Assembly (NCBI GenBank): GCA_045660525.1
Contig: JAZRDY010000205.1
Span: forward strand, 1 to 63,385
DNA from: Acutalibacteraceae bacterium
GTDB lineage: Bacteria > Bacillota > Clostridia > Oscillospirales > Acutalibacteraceae
DNA: 63,385 bases
Reading direction: 5' to 3'
Shown here: positions 44,613 to 54,238 of the stretch, one piece after another
Numbering within the stretch: the stretch's first letter is position 1
Layout: each line of letters opens with the position of its first letter
Notes under the pieces: model-generated
What the model was told of the DNA's origin: nothing
Database searches by the model: none
The model's input: only the letters and a program-made list of their open reading frames with translations
Translations under genes and position numbers: made by a program

Positions 44613-44928
44613 AGATTTTGCAGAAAAATTAGACCTTAAGGTGCTGACTTCTTATGACAGTGAAAAAGAAATTGTCGGTTGCTATTGCGGCGATCTGCTG
44701 TCGTGGGTTATGTCAAAGGCAAAAGAGGGCGACGCGTGGCTGACAGTTATGGGGAACGTTAACGCAGTTGCAGTTGCAGTGCTGACAGAGTGCGCCTGTA
44801 TAGTGCTGACAGAAAATGCTTCACTTGACGAAGCGGCTAAGCAAAAGGCTGAAATGCAGGGTGTATGCTTCTTGCAAAGCTCAAAAAACGCTTATGAATT
44901 AGCCGTGGAGATATCGAAAATAATATGA
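44602..44928 (+). CDS. DRTGG domain protein (second copy)
   Basis: The ATG at 44602 has a GGGAG SD and overlaps the upstream stop. A DRTGG-like core (LTVMGNVNAVAVAVLTECACIVLTE) is present. Confidence 0.6.
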   Translation: MKIKDFAEKLDLKVLTSYDSEKEIVGCYCGDLLSWVMSKAKEGDAWLTVMGNVNAVAVAVLTECACIVLTENASLDEAAKQKAEMQGVCFLQSSKNAYELAVEISKII

Positions 44929-45647
44929 AGCTTTATTACGATTTGCATCTTCATTCATGTCTGTCGCCTTGCGGAGATAATGAAATGACACCCTATAATC
45001 TTGTGAATCTCGCTAAGCTTTTCGACTATGATATTATAGCCCTGACAGACCATAACAGCTGTAAAAACTGTCTGAGTGCCATAAAGGCGGGCGAAAAAAT
45101 CGGCATAACTGTTGTGCCTGGTATGGAGCTTTGCACCTGCGAAGAAATCCACAATATATGCCTTTTCCCTGATATAGAAAGGGCGATGTCGTTTTCAGAC
45201 TATATAAGCTGTACTCTGCCGAAAATAAAAAACAAAGAAAAAATCTTTGGCGAGCAGCTTATTATGGACGAGTTTGACACAGTTTCAGGCAAAGAAGAGA
45301 TATTGCTGACAACGGCGAGCAGTGTTAGTATAAGTGAACTTGACGAGCTTGTTGCAAGATATGACGGGGTTTGCTATCCGGCGCATATAGACAGAGCTTC
45401 TTATAGTGTCATTTCTGCTCTGGGTGATTTTCCGCCTGAGGTGGAAGCGAGATGCTTTGAGCTTACTCCCCACGCAAGGTCAGAGGAGTATCTCGAAAAG
45501 TATCCTGCAACAAAGGGAAAGCTTATAATCAGAAGCTCTGATGCGCATTATCTTGAAAATATGCGTGAACCTGAATTTGTAATAGATTTGCCTGAAAACA
45601 GCGCTCAGGCATTAATTGATTATCTGAAAGGAAGACATATGCGATGA
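44925..45647 (+). CDS. PHP domain protein
   Basis: DLHLHS, LTDHN and SSDAH motifs are present. An ATGA start/stop overlap joins it to its neighbour. Confidence 0.75.
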   Translation: MKLYYDLHLHSCLSPCGDNEMTPYNLVNLAKLFDYDIIALTDHNSCKNCLSAIKAGEKIGITVVPGMELCTCEEIHNICLFPDIERAMSFSDYISCTLPKIKNKEKIFGEQLIMDEFDTVSGKEEILLTTASSVSISELDELVARYDGVCYPAHIDRASYSVISALGDFPPEVEARCFELTPHARSEEYLEKYPATKGKLIIRSSDAHYLENMREPEFVIDLPENSAQALIDYLKGRHMR

Positions 45648-46096
45648 GTGAAAAAGAAAGAGCCGTCGAATTGTTTCGGCAAGGCTACAATTGTTCGCAG
45701 TCGGTGTTTGTGGCTTTCTCACACCGCTTCGGTATAGATGAAGATACAGCTAAAAAAATATCGGCAGGGCTTGGCGGCGGTCTCGGACGAATGAGAGAGG
45801 TCTGCGGAGCTGTCAGCGGGGCGGCAATGGTAATTGGCAGTATCTGCGCGCCTATAGACGGAAAAGACAGTGAAAGCAAACAAAGAAATTATGAGCTTGT
45901 TCGTGAGTTTGCCGACAGATTTACACAGAAAAACGGCACTATAATCTGTCGCGAATTGCTCGGTCTGAATGTAAAAATGGAAAATACTGCCGAGCCTGAA
46001 AAGAGAACGGCAGAGTACTATAAAAAAAGACCTTGTGTTGAGCTTGTTGCAGATGCAGCAGAAATCCTGATGCAGTTGATAAATGAAAACCAATAA
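45644..46096 (+). CDS. C_GCAxxG_C_C family protein
   Basis: YNCSQSV, CGAVSGAAMVIG and a later C...C pattern are present. The start overlaps the upstream stop. Confidence 0.75.
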   Translation: MSEKERAVELFRQGYNCSQSVFVAFSHRFGIDEDTAKKISAGLGGGLGRMREVCGAVSGAAMVIGSICAPIDGKDSESKQRNYELVREFADRFTQKNGTIICRELLGLNVKMENTAEPEKRTAEYYKKRPCVELVADAAEILMQLINENQ

Positions 46097-46118
46097 TAAA
46101 AAGTAGGAGAGGGAATAT

Positions 46119-47087
46119 ATGATTACAGCTTTTATAACAAAAATATGTGCGTTTTTTATGGCGCTGACTTGTACAGTCGTACCTTTTGTAAACTATGACG
46201 TTGAGAACAAAGATGAGATTTTGCTTAATGCGGCAATTATTTCTGATATTCATATTGACGATAGATTGCCTTTGGGTAAGATCATTCTTTCAATGGGCTT
46301 GCTTGATATGGAAAGAAATTCAACTGAAAATGATGCTGTTATAGTTCCCGGAGATCTTACCAATTACGGAGACAGAGCATCGGCTGAGGCGTTCTATGAA
46401 ATCCTGGCTAAGATAAACCCTGCAAAAGAATGGATTATTGCACCGGGTAATCACGATATAGGTCATAACGAAGAAGGCTTTACTCACGATGAAGTGAGAC
46501 AGTGGCTCATTGATTACAATAATCAATATACCGGTGCTGATAATGACAAGATTTATTACAGCAAAGAGGTTAAGGGTTATACTTTTATTGTTCTTTGCGA
46601 TCAGAGTGACGACAATTGGGATAGCTGCTATATTTACGAAGATCAGATAGCTTTTCTTGACGAAGAACTTGCGAAGGCAACAGCTGACGGTAAACCTGCT
46701 TTTGTGGTTTGCCATTGGCCTTTACCTTATACAAACGGTCAGCAGGCTATTTATGAAAATTCAGGACTCAAGGGTCAGTATGCAAAGAGAGTAAGAGAGA
46801 CTCTTGAAAAATACAGAAATGTTTTCTTTATCAGCGGTCATATGCACAAGGGTGTGAATGGCGATACTTTCCAGGATATATTCGGATTTTCAAGTGTAGA
46901 AACTATCGAAGGTGTTACATATGTCAATCTGCCCTCATACGGTATTGCTAACAGATACGGTATTCCCTGGAACGGTATCGGTATGCAGATGGAGGTTTAC
47001 GAAAACGAGGTTGTATTCAGACCCAGACGTTACCTCTATTCAAAATGGTATGCCTTTATTGAATACAGAGTGCCGGTTTATAATTGA
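46119..47087 (+). CDS. Metallophosphoesterase
   Basis: SDIHID, GDLTNYG, GNHD and GHMH motifs are present. Confidence 0.8.
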   Translation: MITAFITKICAFFMALTCTVVPFVNYDVENKDEILLNAAIISDIHIDDRLPLGKIILSMGLLDMERNSTENDAVIVPGDLTNYGDRASAEAFYEILAKINPAKEWIIAPGNHDIGHNEEGFTHDEVRQWLIDYNNQYTGADNDKIYYSKEVKGYTFIVLCDQSDDNWDSCYIYEDQIAFLDEELAKATADGKPAFVVCHWPLPYTNGQQAIYENSGLKGQYAKRVRETLEKYRNVFFISGHMHKGVNGDTFQDIFGFSSVETIEGVTYVNLPSYGIANRYGIPWNGIGMQMEVYENEVVFRPRRYLYSKWYAFIEYRVPVYN

Positions 47088-47128
47088 CTAATACAAAATC
47101 CACAGGAGTAATTCCTGTGGATTTTAGC

Positions 47129-48076
47129 TTATATGTGGTCTTTATATCTTTCAGCGGTGATAATGCCGTCTTTTACGTGGAGCTTGCAGATGCGTGCGTT
47201 TCTCGCATCAAATGCACTTGCGCCCGTAGTGTTGTCATAATCTCTCGCGTGATAGATTGCGTACCACTGACCGTCGTGCTTTATCATTGAGTGGTGGCCT
47301 GTGCCCTCTTCAAAGTCGTTTGCTTTGAGCACGGGGTGGTATGTGGTGTCGTCGGGGTATTTCTCGAACTTGATTTTTGTAAGATCTGTTTCATCGGTTT
47401 TCGCTCTTGCGTAACCGATATAATATGTAGGCTGTTCGAAGCAGTTGCCTGAATACATAAGGTATTGCCAGTCGCCCTCTTTGAAATAGAATGCACCCTC
47501 AATGGTGTGCCAGTGCTGACCTTTCTTATATCTGTCACGGCAATAGATGTCTTCGTCGAGAGTGGGTTCAACAACGAGTACGGGATTTTCTGCAGGAGTG
47601 AGAGGATCAATCATCTTGTCAACATAAATGCAGGTACCGATTCTTTCGCCTTCAAATCTGTTTGCTGAATAAAAAAGGAAGAGACCTGCCTCGTTCTTGA
47701 CAATGTGTGAGTCAATTGAGAAAGGATGAAGAATTCTCTTGATGCAGGTGAAGGGGCCGAGAGGACTATCTGCAACACTGACGTGCATAGCGCCTCTGTG
47801 ACCGCCCTTGTCCGGTTTGTCATCATAGATCTCAATTGAGTTATACATATAGAATTTGCCGTCAAGCTCGATAACACTGGGGGCCCAGAATGAATCTCTT
47901 TCGGGCACTGTCATAACAATGCCGTGGTATTCCCAACCCTCAAAAAGATTATCTGAGTGATAAGCATAAACACCGTCGTGACCTGTGACATAGATATAAT
48001 ATCTGCCACCGCTTTCTAAGATATACGGGTCAGCCTGACCCTGATAGTTTGATGGATCAACTTTTAATAAATGCAT
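47129..48076 (-). CDS. Glycoside hydrolase family 43 protein
   Basis: ADPYILE near the N-terminus, FWAPSV and a five-bladed-propeller-like repeat pattern are present. Confidence 0.75.
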   Translation of the reverse strand: MHLLKVDPSNYQGQADPYILESGGRYYIYVTGHDGVYAYHSDNLFEGWEYHGIVMTVPERDSFWAPSVIELDGKFYMYNSIEIYDDKPDKGGHRGAMHVSVADSPLGPFTCIKRILHPFSIDSHIVKNEAGLFLFYSANRFEGERIGTCIYVDKMIDPLTPAENPVLVVEPTLDEDIYCRDRYKKGQHWHTIEGAFYFKEGDWQYLMYSGNCFEQPTYYIGYARAKTDETDLTKIKFEKYPDDTTYHPVLKANDFEEGTGHHSMIKHDGQWYAIYHARDYDNTTGASAFDARNARICKLHVKDGIITAERYKDHI

Positions 48077-48228
48077 ATTCTTTCTCCTTAGGTAGTCTTT
48101 TCTTGATTATATAATGTTGCGGCATAATTTGCAAGGGAAATATAAAAATTCTTAAGAGATGAATCTATATTGATTTTTGCATAAAAAGTGGTATAATGAC
48201 ATTATATAAATCTGAAAGGGGTATAAAT

Positions 48229-49356
48229 ATGAACTCGAATTTTATGGTAAAATTCACAGCAACGCTCATCAGTATGATTCTTGCATTAGGTACATTTTTC
48301 GGTGCTTATAAGGCGCCTACCACCAAGGAATCTGCTGAATATTTCGATGATAATATCAAAAATGTCATTTATCTCATCGGTGACGGTATGGGATTCAACC
48401 ATCTTGAAAAGACAAAGCTTGAAAGAAATACTGACCTTGTAATGGATGCTTTTGAAATCAGAGGCAGTGCAATGACACGCTCACTTACAAACAGTGTTAC
48501 TGACAGTGCAGCAAGCGGTACAGCTCTTGCAACAGGCTCAAGAACTTATAATAAGGCTATCGGTGTTTATCTTTTTGATAAGACTCCCAAATACTCATAT
48601 CCGAAAAATATCCGTGAGCTCTGCGCTGAAAGAGGTATGCTCACAGGTGTAGTTACCACCGATGAAACCACAGGGGCAACACCTTCGGCCTTCTCAGCTC
48701 ACTCATCTGACAGATATAACACAGAAGATATAACAAATGATCAGCTTACAAGTACAGCGGATATTATCTGGGGCACAGCCAACGGATTTGCGACAAAGAG
48801 CGAGGCTGAAGCTAACGGTTACACCTATATCACCACCTATGATGAAATGATGGCGCTCGAAGAGGGCAGCCGCAGTTACGGTCAGTTTACAAATGCTTTG
48901 TGGACTCTCGAGCAGTCAGATGCAAATACACCCAACCTTGAGCAGATGGCAATGCAGGCAATTGACTTGCTTGACGACACAGACGGGGGCTTCTTCCTTA
49001 TGATTGAGGGTGCACATATTGACAAGTATGCTCACAGCAATATCTCTGATAAGGTGACAGAGGCACTGAAAGAGTTTGACAACACAATTGAAGCAGTTCT
49101 CGAATATGCAAAGGCTGACGGTGAGACTCTCGTTGTAGTCACAGCTGACCACGAAACGGGCGGAATCACTCTGAAAAACGGCGAATATAAATTCACAAAA
49201 GACGGTCACACAAATGCTGATGTACCTTTGTTGGTATATGGCTCAGATAAAATTATAGCAAAGGGTCAGAAAATCAACAACTACGAAATTCCTATGAGAA
49301 TAGCATACACACTCGGCTTCACAGAAGAAGACTTCCCTGTGGCTGTTATAATGTGA
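48229..49356 (+). CDS. Alkaline phosphatase, secreted
   Basis: GDGMG, TDSAASGTALATG (active-site Ser region) and DHETGG are present. The ATG at 48229 follows a TGgTATAAT promoter at 48189-48197. Confidence 0.85.
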   Translation: MNSNFMVKFTATLISMILALGTFFGAYKAPTTKESAEYFDDNIKNVIYLIGDGMGFNHLEKTKLERNTDLVMDAFEIRGSAMTRSLTNSVTDSAASGTALATGSRTYNKAIGVYLFDKTPKYSYPKNIRELCAERGMLTGVVTTDETTGATPSAFSAHSSDRYNTEDITNDQLTSTADIIWGTANGFATKSEAEANGYTYITTYDEMMALEEGSRSYGQFTNALWTLEQSDANTPNLEQMAMQAIDLLDDTDGGFFLMIEGAHIDKYAHSNISDKVTEALKEFDNTIEAVLEYAKADGETLVVVTADHETGGITLKNGEYKFTKDGHTNADVPLLVYGSDKIIAKGQKINNYEIPMRIAYTLGFTEEDFPVAVIM

Positions 49357-49400
49357 CATAAGTTAAAAGTACCTTGCCAAAGCGGTAAGGTACTCTTTTT

Positions 49401-50483
49401 TTATGAGAGCATAGCTATTATTTCTTTGAACTCTGCCGAGGATTTGAATTCGTCGGAAAGAGGGTAGTTCAGTATGGTTTCTTTGCTCCAACTTTTAGCT
49501 ATAAAGGTGCTTCCGAGTACTTGTTTGTCAAAGGCCTTGCCCTCAAACAAGGTCGAGTGAAGAATTGTTGTTCTGTCGAGGTTGTCAAACTGAACGGAAA
49601 GCTCAGCGCGTCTTCTCAGATTTTGAAGAGACTTTTCTTTGTCTCCTTTTTCAAAATAAAACCAACCAAGCATACCGTAACAGCACATAACAGCTCGCCA
49701 CATTCTGCTATAATTGCCGTCATCATAAATATAGTTAAAGAAATCTATTGTTTTTTCTAATATCTCTATCTGATATTCGCGGTTAAATTTACCGGTTAAG
49801 TAATAATCGGCAAGAGAGCAATAAAGAATGTCGATCCCTTCTTCGATTGCTTCTTGGACTATCTTATCAGCGTCAGGGTGATTATGCAGTCGATAGCAGT
49901 AACAGAACATTTCTCTGCCGTCTCTCATAAGCGGCATTTCTTTTATGACATGTTCGTAATCCTCAAAGGTTACTGTAGGATTCTTTTTGCAAGCAAGGTT
50001 ACTCATAAGATCAATATAATATCTCTTGGCACAAATTCGGATGGAATCTTTTGTGCAGTTATTTTGTATGTTCTGATATATTGACATAATCTGTGGAGTG
50101 CGCTGTTCAAGGGTATCCCAATCATCGTAAAATATAAGATATCCCATCCACCTGAGTTGCACACGGAAATCCGTAGGAAATTTTTCCCTGAGGTTGGTTA
50201 TTGCTTTTAAGATGAGTTTGGTGTCAGTATAGTTGTCGTGCTCTTCGAGGAGTCTTTTTATTTCCTCCTCGTCCTGAGCCTTGCCCACACCCATAAGCTC
50301 GTCAATTGATACACCGAAAAAGCCTGCAATGGCGGGAAGAAGTGTTATGTCAGGGTAGCTTTCCCCACGTTCCCACTTACTTATGCTCTGAAAGGTAACA
50401 CCTAAAAATTCAGCTAAAGTTTCCTGAGTTATATCTTTTTCACGGCGAAGCTTCTTTATGTTTTCGCCAAGGTAAATATTCAT
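49401..50483 (-). CDS. XRE-family HTH transcriptional regulator with a helical (TPR-like) C-terminal domain
   Basis: LRREKDITQETLAEFLGVTFQSISKWERGES is present. Confidence 0.8.
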   Translation of the reverse strand: MNIYLGENIKKLRREKDITQETLAEFLGVTFQSISKWERGESYPDITLLPAIAGFFGVSIDELMGVGKAQDEEEIKRLLEEHDNYTDTKLILKAITNLREKFPTDFRVQLRWMGYLIFYDDWDTLEQRTPQIMSIYQNIQNNCTKDSIRICAKRYYIDLMSNLACKKNPTVTFEDYEHVIKEMPLMRDGREMFCYCYRLHNHPDADKIVQEAIEEGIDILYCSLADYYLTGKFNREYQIEILEKTIDFFNYIYDDGNYSRMWRAVMCCYGMLGWFYFEKGDKEKSLQNLRRRAELSVQFDNLDRTTILHSTLFEGKAFDKQVLGSTFIAKSWSKETILNYPLSDEFKSSAEFKEIIAMLS

Positions 50484-50641
50484 ATTATCACCTCTTGTTA
50501 TATTAACTGATCAGCTTGGTTATATAATAACTCATATTATGCTTAAAAACAATAACGTCTCTCTTGAAAACTTTTCAACTTATGGTTGAAAAAATTCTAA
50601 AAAAACAATCCCCCGACTAAACGAGGGATTAAAGATTGCAA

Positions 50642-51934
50642 TTAATTGTCTTTCTTCATAGGTCTTACAAAGACGAACGAGAGAATAAGTGAAACTACAT
50701 AAAGAGCAATTGTAGCATAAAGCACCGCCTGATAGCCTTCTGCTACGTTTTCTGCACCGAACTTGCCAACGATGAGACTTGCAAGGTTGTTACCTGTGAG
50801 ACCTGCGAAGCCCCAGGCTGAAAGTGTGATGCCGTGGATAGCTGAGATGTTTGACATACCGTAGTGGTCTGAAAGAAGTGTGGGCACGTTTGAGAAACCG
50901 CCACCGTAGCCTGCGTTGACTACCATAATAAGTACAACAACAAGAGCTGTGAGAAGCATATTGCCGTTGCCGTTTACGATGCCCTTAGTTGCGATAACAA
51001 GTGCTGTGCAAACGATTGAAAGAATGAAGATAACCTTGTAGATTGTGTTTCTGTCTTTACACTTGTCGCCTGCAGCGGAGAAACCGAGACGTCCGCCTGC
51101 ATTGAATACTGCTGAAATTACGGGGAACACAACAACTGAAAGACCGAGACATTTGAGTATGTATTTTTCCTGAGAGATAAGCATAAGACCGCAGGTGATG
51201 TTGAGATAGAACATCATCCAGATACCGACATAGTTGAGGATAGGTCTTGTCTTGATAACTGACATAATGCTTTTCTTTTCTGCAGCGTTTGTGGGTTCGT
51301 GCCAGTCATCAGGCTTTTTGAGAAGAAGGTGACCGATGAACATCATTACGAAGTAAACACCTGCAAGGATAAAGAACATCTTGTAGATAGCACCACCACC
51401 AAGGTTTTCTAGCATCCACTCCATAATGGGAGTAGCGATAGCCTTAGCTGCACCGAAGCCTGCAACTGCAAGACCTGTTGCAAGACCTTTATTGTCTTTA
51501 AACCAGAGCATAAGTGTCTTAACGGGTGAAAGATAACCGGTACCGAGACCCACGCCCATAATAAGACCGTAGCAAAGATAGATACCGATGAGTGATACCA
51601 TTGATCCGGGGTGGTTGCCGCCGTACCAGATAAAGAAACCTGAACCTGCCATACCGCCTGCAAAGCAGATTGAAGCGATAAGTGATGATTTGTGGATATC
51701 CTTTTCTACAATGTTGCCGAGGAATGCCGCTGACATGCCAAGGAAGAAGATTGCAAAGCTGAATGCCCATTCAACACTGCTCTTACCGAAGCCGATAAAA
51801 TCGCCGATTTTTTCACTGAAAGTTGACCAGCAGTAAACTGTACCGATGCTGCAATGAAGCAGAAGTGCGGGGAGAGCTGCACGAATCCATTTGTTTGTGC
51901 GCCAGCCGCTTTTGGTTTTAACGTCTGTACTCAT
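50642..51934 (-). CDS. MFS transporter, oxalate/formate antiporter (OFA)-like
   Basis: 430 aa with 12 TM helices and an OFA-like N-terminus (RW..L.A..L....G..Y.WS.F). A terminator lies at 50599-50631 on the minus strand. Confidence 0.7.
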   Translation of the reverse strand: MSTDVKTKSGWRTNKWIRAALPALLLHCSIGTVYCWSTFSEKIGDFIGFGKSSVEWAFSFAIFFLGMSAAFLGNIVEKDIHKSSLIASICFAGGMAGSGFFIWYGGNHPGSMVSLIGIYLCYGLIMGVGLGTGYLSPVKTLMLWFKDNKGLATGLAVAGFGAAKAIATPIMEWMLENLGGGAIYKMFFILAGVYFVMMFIGHLLLKKPDDWHEPTNAAEKKSIMSVIKTRPILNYVGIWMMFYLNITCGLMLISQEKYILKCLGLSVVVFPVISAVFNAGGRLGFSAAGDKCKDRNTIYKVIFILSIVCTALVIATKGIVNGNGNMLLTALVVVLIMVVNAGYGGGFSNVPTLLSDHYGMSNISAIHGITLSAWGFAGLTGNNLASLIVGKFGAENVAEGYQAVLYATIALYVVSLILSFVFVRPMKKDN

Positions 51935-52155
51935 AATAAAGAATCCTTTCTTTTATTGAATTTTATTTTTATGTTTTTTCCAAAACAGTATACTACTCCT
52001 ATTTTTCTGTAATTTCAAGTGTTTTCATCAAATTTTTTCATAAAGAGCATATGTAACATATTTTGCACTTTAAGTGCAACTTCAGTTGGGGATTTGTATC
52101 AAAAAAACAGCTGCAACGGGTAAGGTTGCAGCTGTCGGTTGGGCATAAGGATTAT

Positions 52156-53232
52156 TTATTCAACGGAATAAACATAAGCATTCTCGTAATCCATATCTGC
52201 ACAAAGAGCAAGTGAAGGATTAGTCAGGTCATATATTGATGACCACTGTGTCGAGTATACTCTGCCTTTTTCGTCGGGGTCAGTGCCTGTTATTCTTACA
52301 TCTCTGAGAAGATTCATACCCTCATCGGCTGTGAGTACGGATTTCTTTTCTGTAAGAGTTTTTTCGAGTATCTCGTAACGGTCGAGACCCTGTTTTTCAT
52401 ATTCAAAAGGTACCTCGTGAAGATAGAAGTTGGTTGCGGCAATGAACCCTTTTTCGCTTTCATCGGTGATAACTATCTCGTTTTCTACATAAGAAACTAC
52501 TACACTTTTGCCGGTTGCATCTGCAATCTGGAAGTGATAACAGCCTTTTGCCGCTGCGAACATATCCACACTTTCAAGGAAAGCAATAGCCTCGTCTACG
52601 GTGGCGCAGGTATCGAGCATAGCTCTGATTGCGAGGGTCGTACCTACATCGGGCTTGCCGTTATCCTGAGCGGTTGCGGGGGCCTGAAGCTGCAGTACAC
52701 CCACAGCAAGGCCTTTTTCGTTCACACCGTCAAGGGGGAAGTAGGCTGTTGCAAGAGTGTTGATTCTGTCTAAGAGATTATCGGGGGTATAGGTTTCGTT
52801 GTAGCCTAAAAAGCTCAGGTTAACAACAGATACGGACTTATAGCCGCCTTTGGGAGCAGTTCTGATAACTGCAAGGTCGGTGGTCTGATTGTCGAGATTT
52901 CTGCCGAAGATATAACCGTTTTCAGGTGTCTTGGCATAGAATGTTGAGCATGCAAGGTTGGGTATCTCATAGGGCACATTTATGGGAAGACCCTTGAGCA
53001 TAGTTTTAAGTATGTACTGAACCAACTGCTCTTCTGTTGCTGCACCGCCTGCTTCAATAAGCTCATCGAGCTTATAGTCAGCGGCGTAATTGACCTCATA
53101 CACACCTGTATCACCGTTTTCTTTTACGGAAAGCAGGGTTCTTGCTTCACCTTGGAAAACACCCAATGCCACACCGATGACAGCTAAAAGAACAACAGCG
53201 ATTGCGATAACGATTTTTTTACTTTTCTTCAT
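52156..53232 (-). CDS. Membrane-anchored linear amide C-N hydrolase (choloylglycine hydrolase family)
   Basis: An N-terminal TM anchor is present. The internal nucleophile context NLACSTFYAK...GRNLD is typical of Ntn hydrolases needing propeptide removal. Confidence 0.7.
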   Translation of the reverse strand: MKKSKKIVIAIAVVLLAVIGVALGVFQGEARTLLSVKENGDTGVYEVNYAADYKLDELIEAGGAATEEQLVQYILKTMLKGLPINVPYEIPNLACSTFYAKTPENGYIFGRNLDNQTTDLAVIRTAPKGGYKSVSVVNLSFLGYNETYTPDNLLDRINTLATAYFPLDGVNEKGLAVGVLQLQAPATAQDNGKPDVGTTLAIRAMLDTCATVDEAIAFLESVDMFAAAKGCYHFQIADATGKSVVVSYVENEIVITDESEKGFIAATNFYLHEVPFEYEKQGLDRYEILEKTLTEKKSVLTADEGMNLLRDVRITGTDPDEKGRVYSTQWSSIYDLTNPSLALCADMDYENAYVYSVE

Positions 53233-53425
53233 AATATCAACTCCTTAAATTGATAATAGAATTATAATACTTTGTTTGTATACAGGTCAACTGATTTTGT
53301 CTGTTTTAATTTATTGTTAAAGTAGTTTACGATTTGTTTTTAAATATAAAAACAAAAGCAAGAAAGAACAGTCAGATTAAGCGACAAATGCAAAAAAAGC
53401 AGCAACCTTTCAGTTACTGCTAATC

Positions 53426-53449
53426 TATGGTCGAGGCGACAGGACTTGA
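53426..53449 (-). repeat. Orphan copy of the 3' end of tRNA-Pro
   Basis: TATGGTCGAGGCGACAGGACTTGA (24 nt) is identical to 53586-53609. It is followed, in the tRNA sense direction, by a terminator whose loop (AACTGAAAGGTT) is the same as that after the intact tRNA. Confidence 0.8.
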
Positions 53450-53587
53450 CTCTCGCACTGCGGTGCTCGGTCATTCGCGGCTCTCGATGTCCACCGGACA
53501 TCGATTCACTACCGCTCCTACTTCAAGTCCTGATAAAGCTTGATATAAAGAAAAACAACTGCTAACCTTTCAGTTGCAGTTGTTCTT

Positions 53588-53664
53588 ATGGTCGAGGCGA
53601 CAGGACTTGAACCTGCGGCATCCTGCTCCCAAAGCAGGCACTCTACCAAACTGAGCTACGCCTC
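53588..53664 (-). tRNA. tRNA-Pro (anticodon UGG)
   Basis: A manual cloverleaf fits: CGAGGCG-TA-GCTC-AGTTTGGTA-GAGT-G-CCTGC-TTTGGGA-GCAGG-ATGCC-GCAGG-TTCAAGT-CCTGT-CGCCTCG-A-CCA. Confidence 0.9.
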
Positions 53665-53676
53665 GAATTGCCTTGC

Positions 53677-53705
53677 TATTATACACGCAAAGCGTATAAT
53701 TGTCA
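53677..53705 (-). promoter_or_regulatory. Sigma-A-type promoter of tRNA-Pro
   Basis: On the minus strand: TTGACA, a 17-nt spacer, then TATAAT, 12 nt upstream of the tRNA 5' end. Confidence 0.7.
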
Positions 53706-53738
53706 AGGGCTTTGTCTCATTTATTTGTGCTCTGACTT

Positions 53739-54236
53739 TTAAACGGACACCGGTAACAAATAAAACTGAGCAAGATTATTCCACGTCAGTTTATCAACCT
53801 GACCGCTTTCGGTGTGAGAGATAACTCTCTGCCATCGCTTGACCTCGCGTTCTGTATTTTCATCGAAAAGCGACTGCAAGGGCAGTGGCGTGAAGTTGTC
53901 ATATTGTTCTGCTATATTGTTGAGCATCAGGTGCAGGGTATAAACAAGAGTGTTGTCCATACCTTTTACAAGTGGTAAATCCTCATTGGTAATTCTTACA
54001 ATCTGAACAGGCTCCGAGACTGTGAATACGGCTTCGGAGTTTTTACTTTTTATGAGTTCCCAGGTTTCAAAGTTTATTATTCCGGTCTCTTCGAGTCCGT
54101 ATTTTCGCTGAAAACTTTTGACGGCATCGGTGGTCTCTGTTGCAAAAATTCCATCGGGTACCACACGGCTAATATCGTTGTCGAGTCTGCCGATGTTGCG
54201 AAGATAGCTCTGTGCTTCAAAAACTGCATCGTCCAT
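53739..54236 (-). CDS. Peptidoglycan-binding (PG_binding_1) domain protein
   Basis: AVKSFQRKYGLEETGIINFETW and a second degenerate copy (VKRWQRVISHTESGQVDKLTWN) are present. Confidence 0.7.
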   Translation of the reverse strand: MDDAVFEAQSYLRNIGRLDNDISRVVPDGIFATETTDAVKSFQRKYGLEETGIINFETWELIKSKNSEAVFTVSEPVQIVRITNEDLPLVKGMDNTLVYTLHLMLNNIAEQYDNFTPLPLQSLFDENTEREVKRWQRVISHTESGQVDKLTWNNLAQFYLLPVSV

Positions 54237-54238
54237 AT

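Noticed and set aside
53588-53824. The 78-aa plus-strand ORF starting at 53588.
   Set aside because: It is the antisense reading of tRNA-Pro and its promoter.
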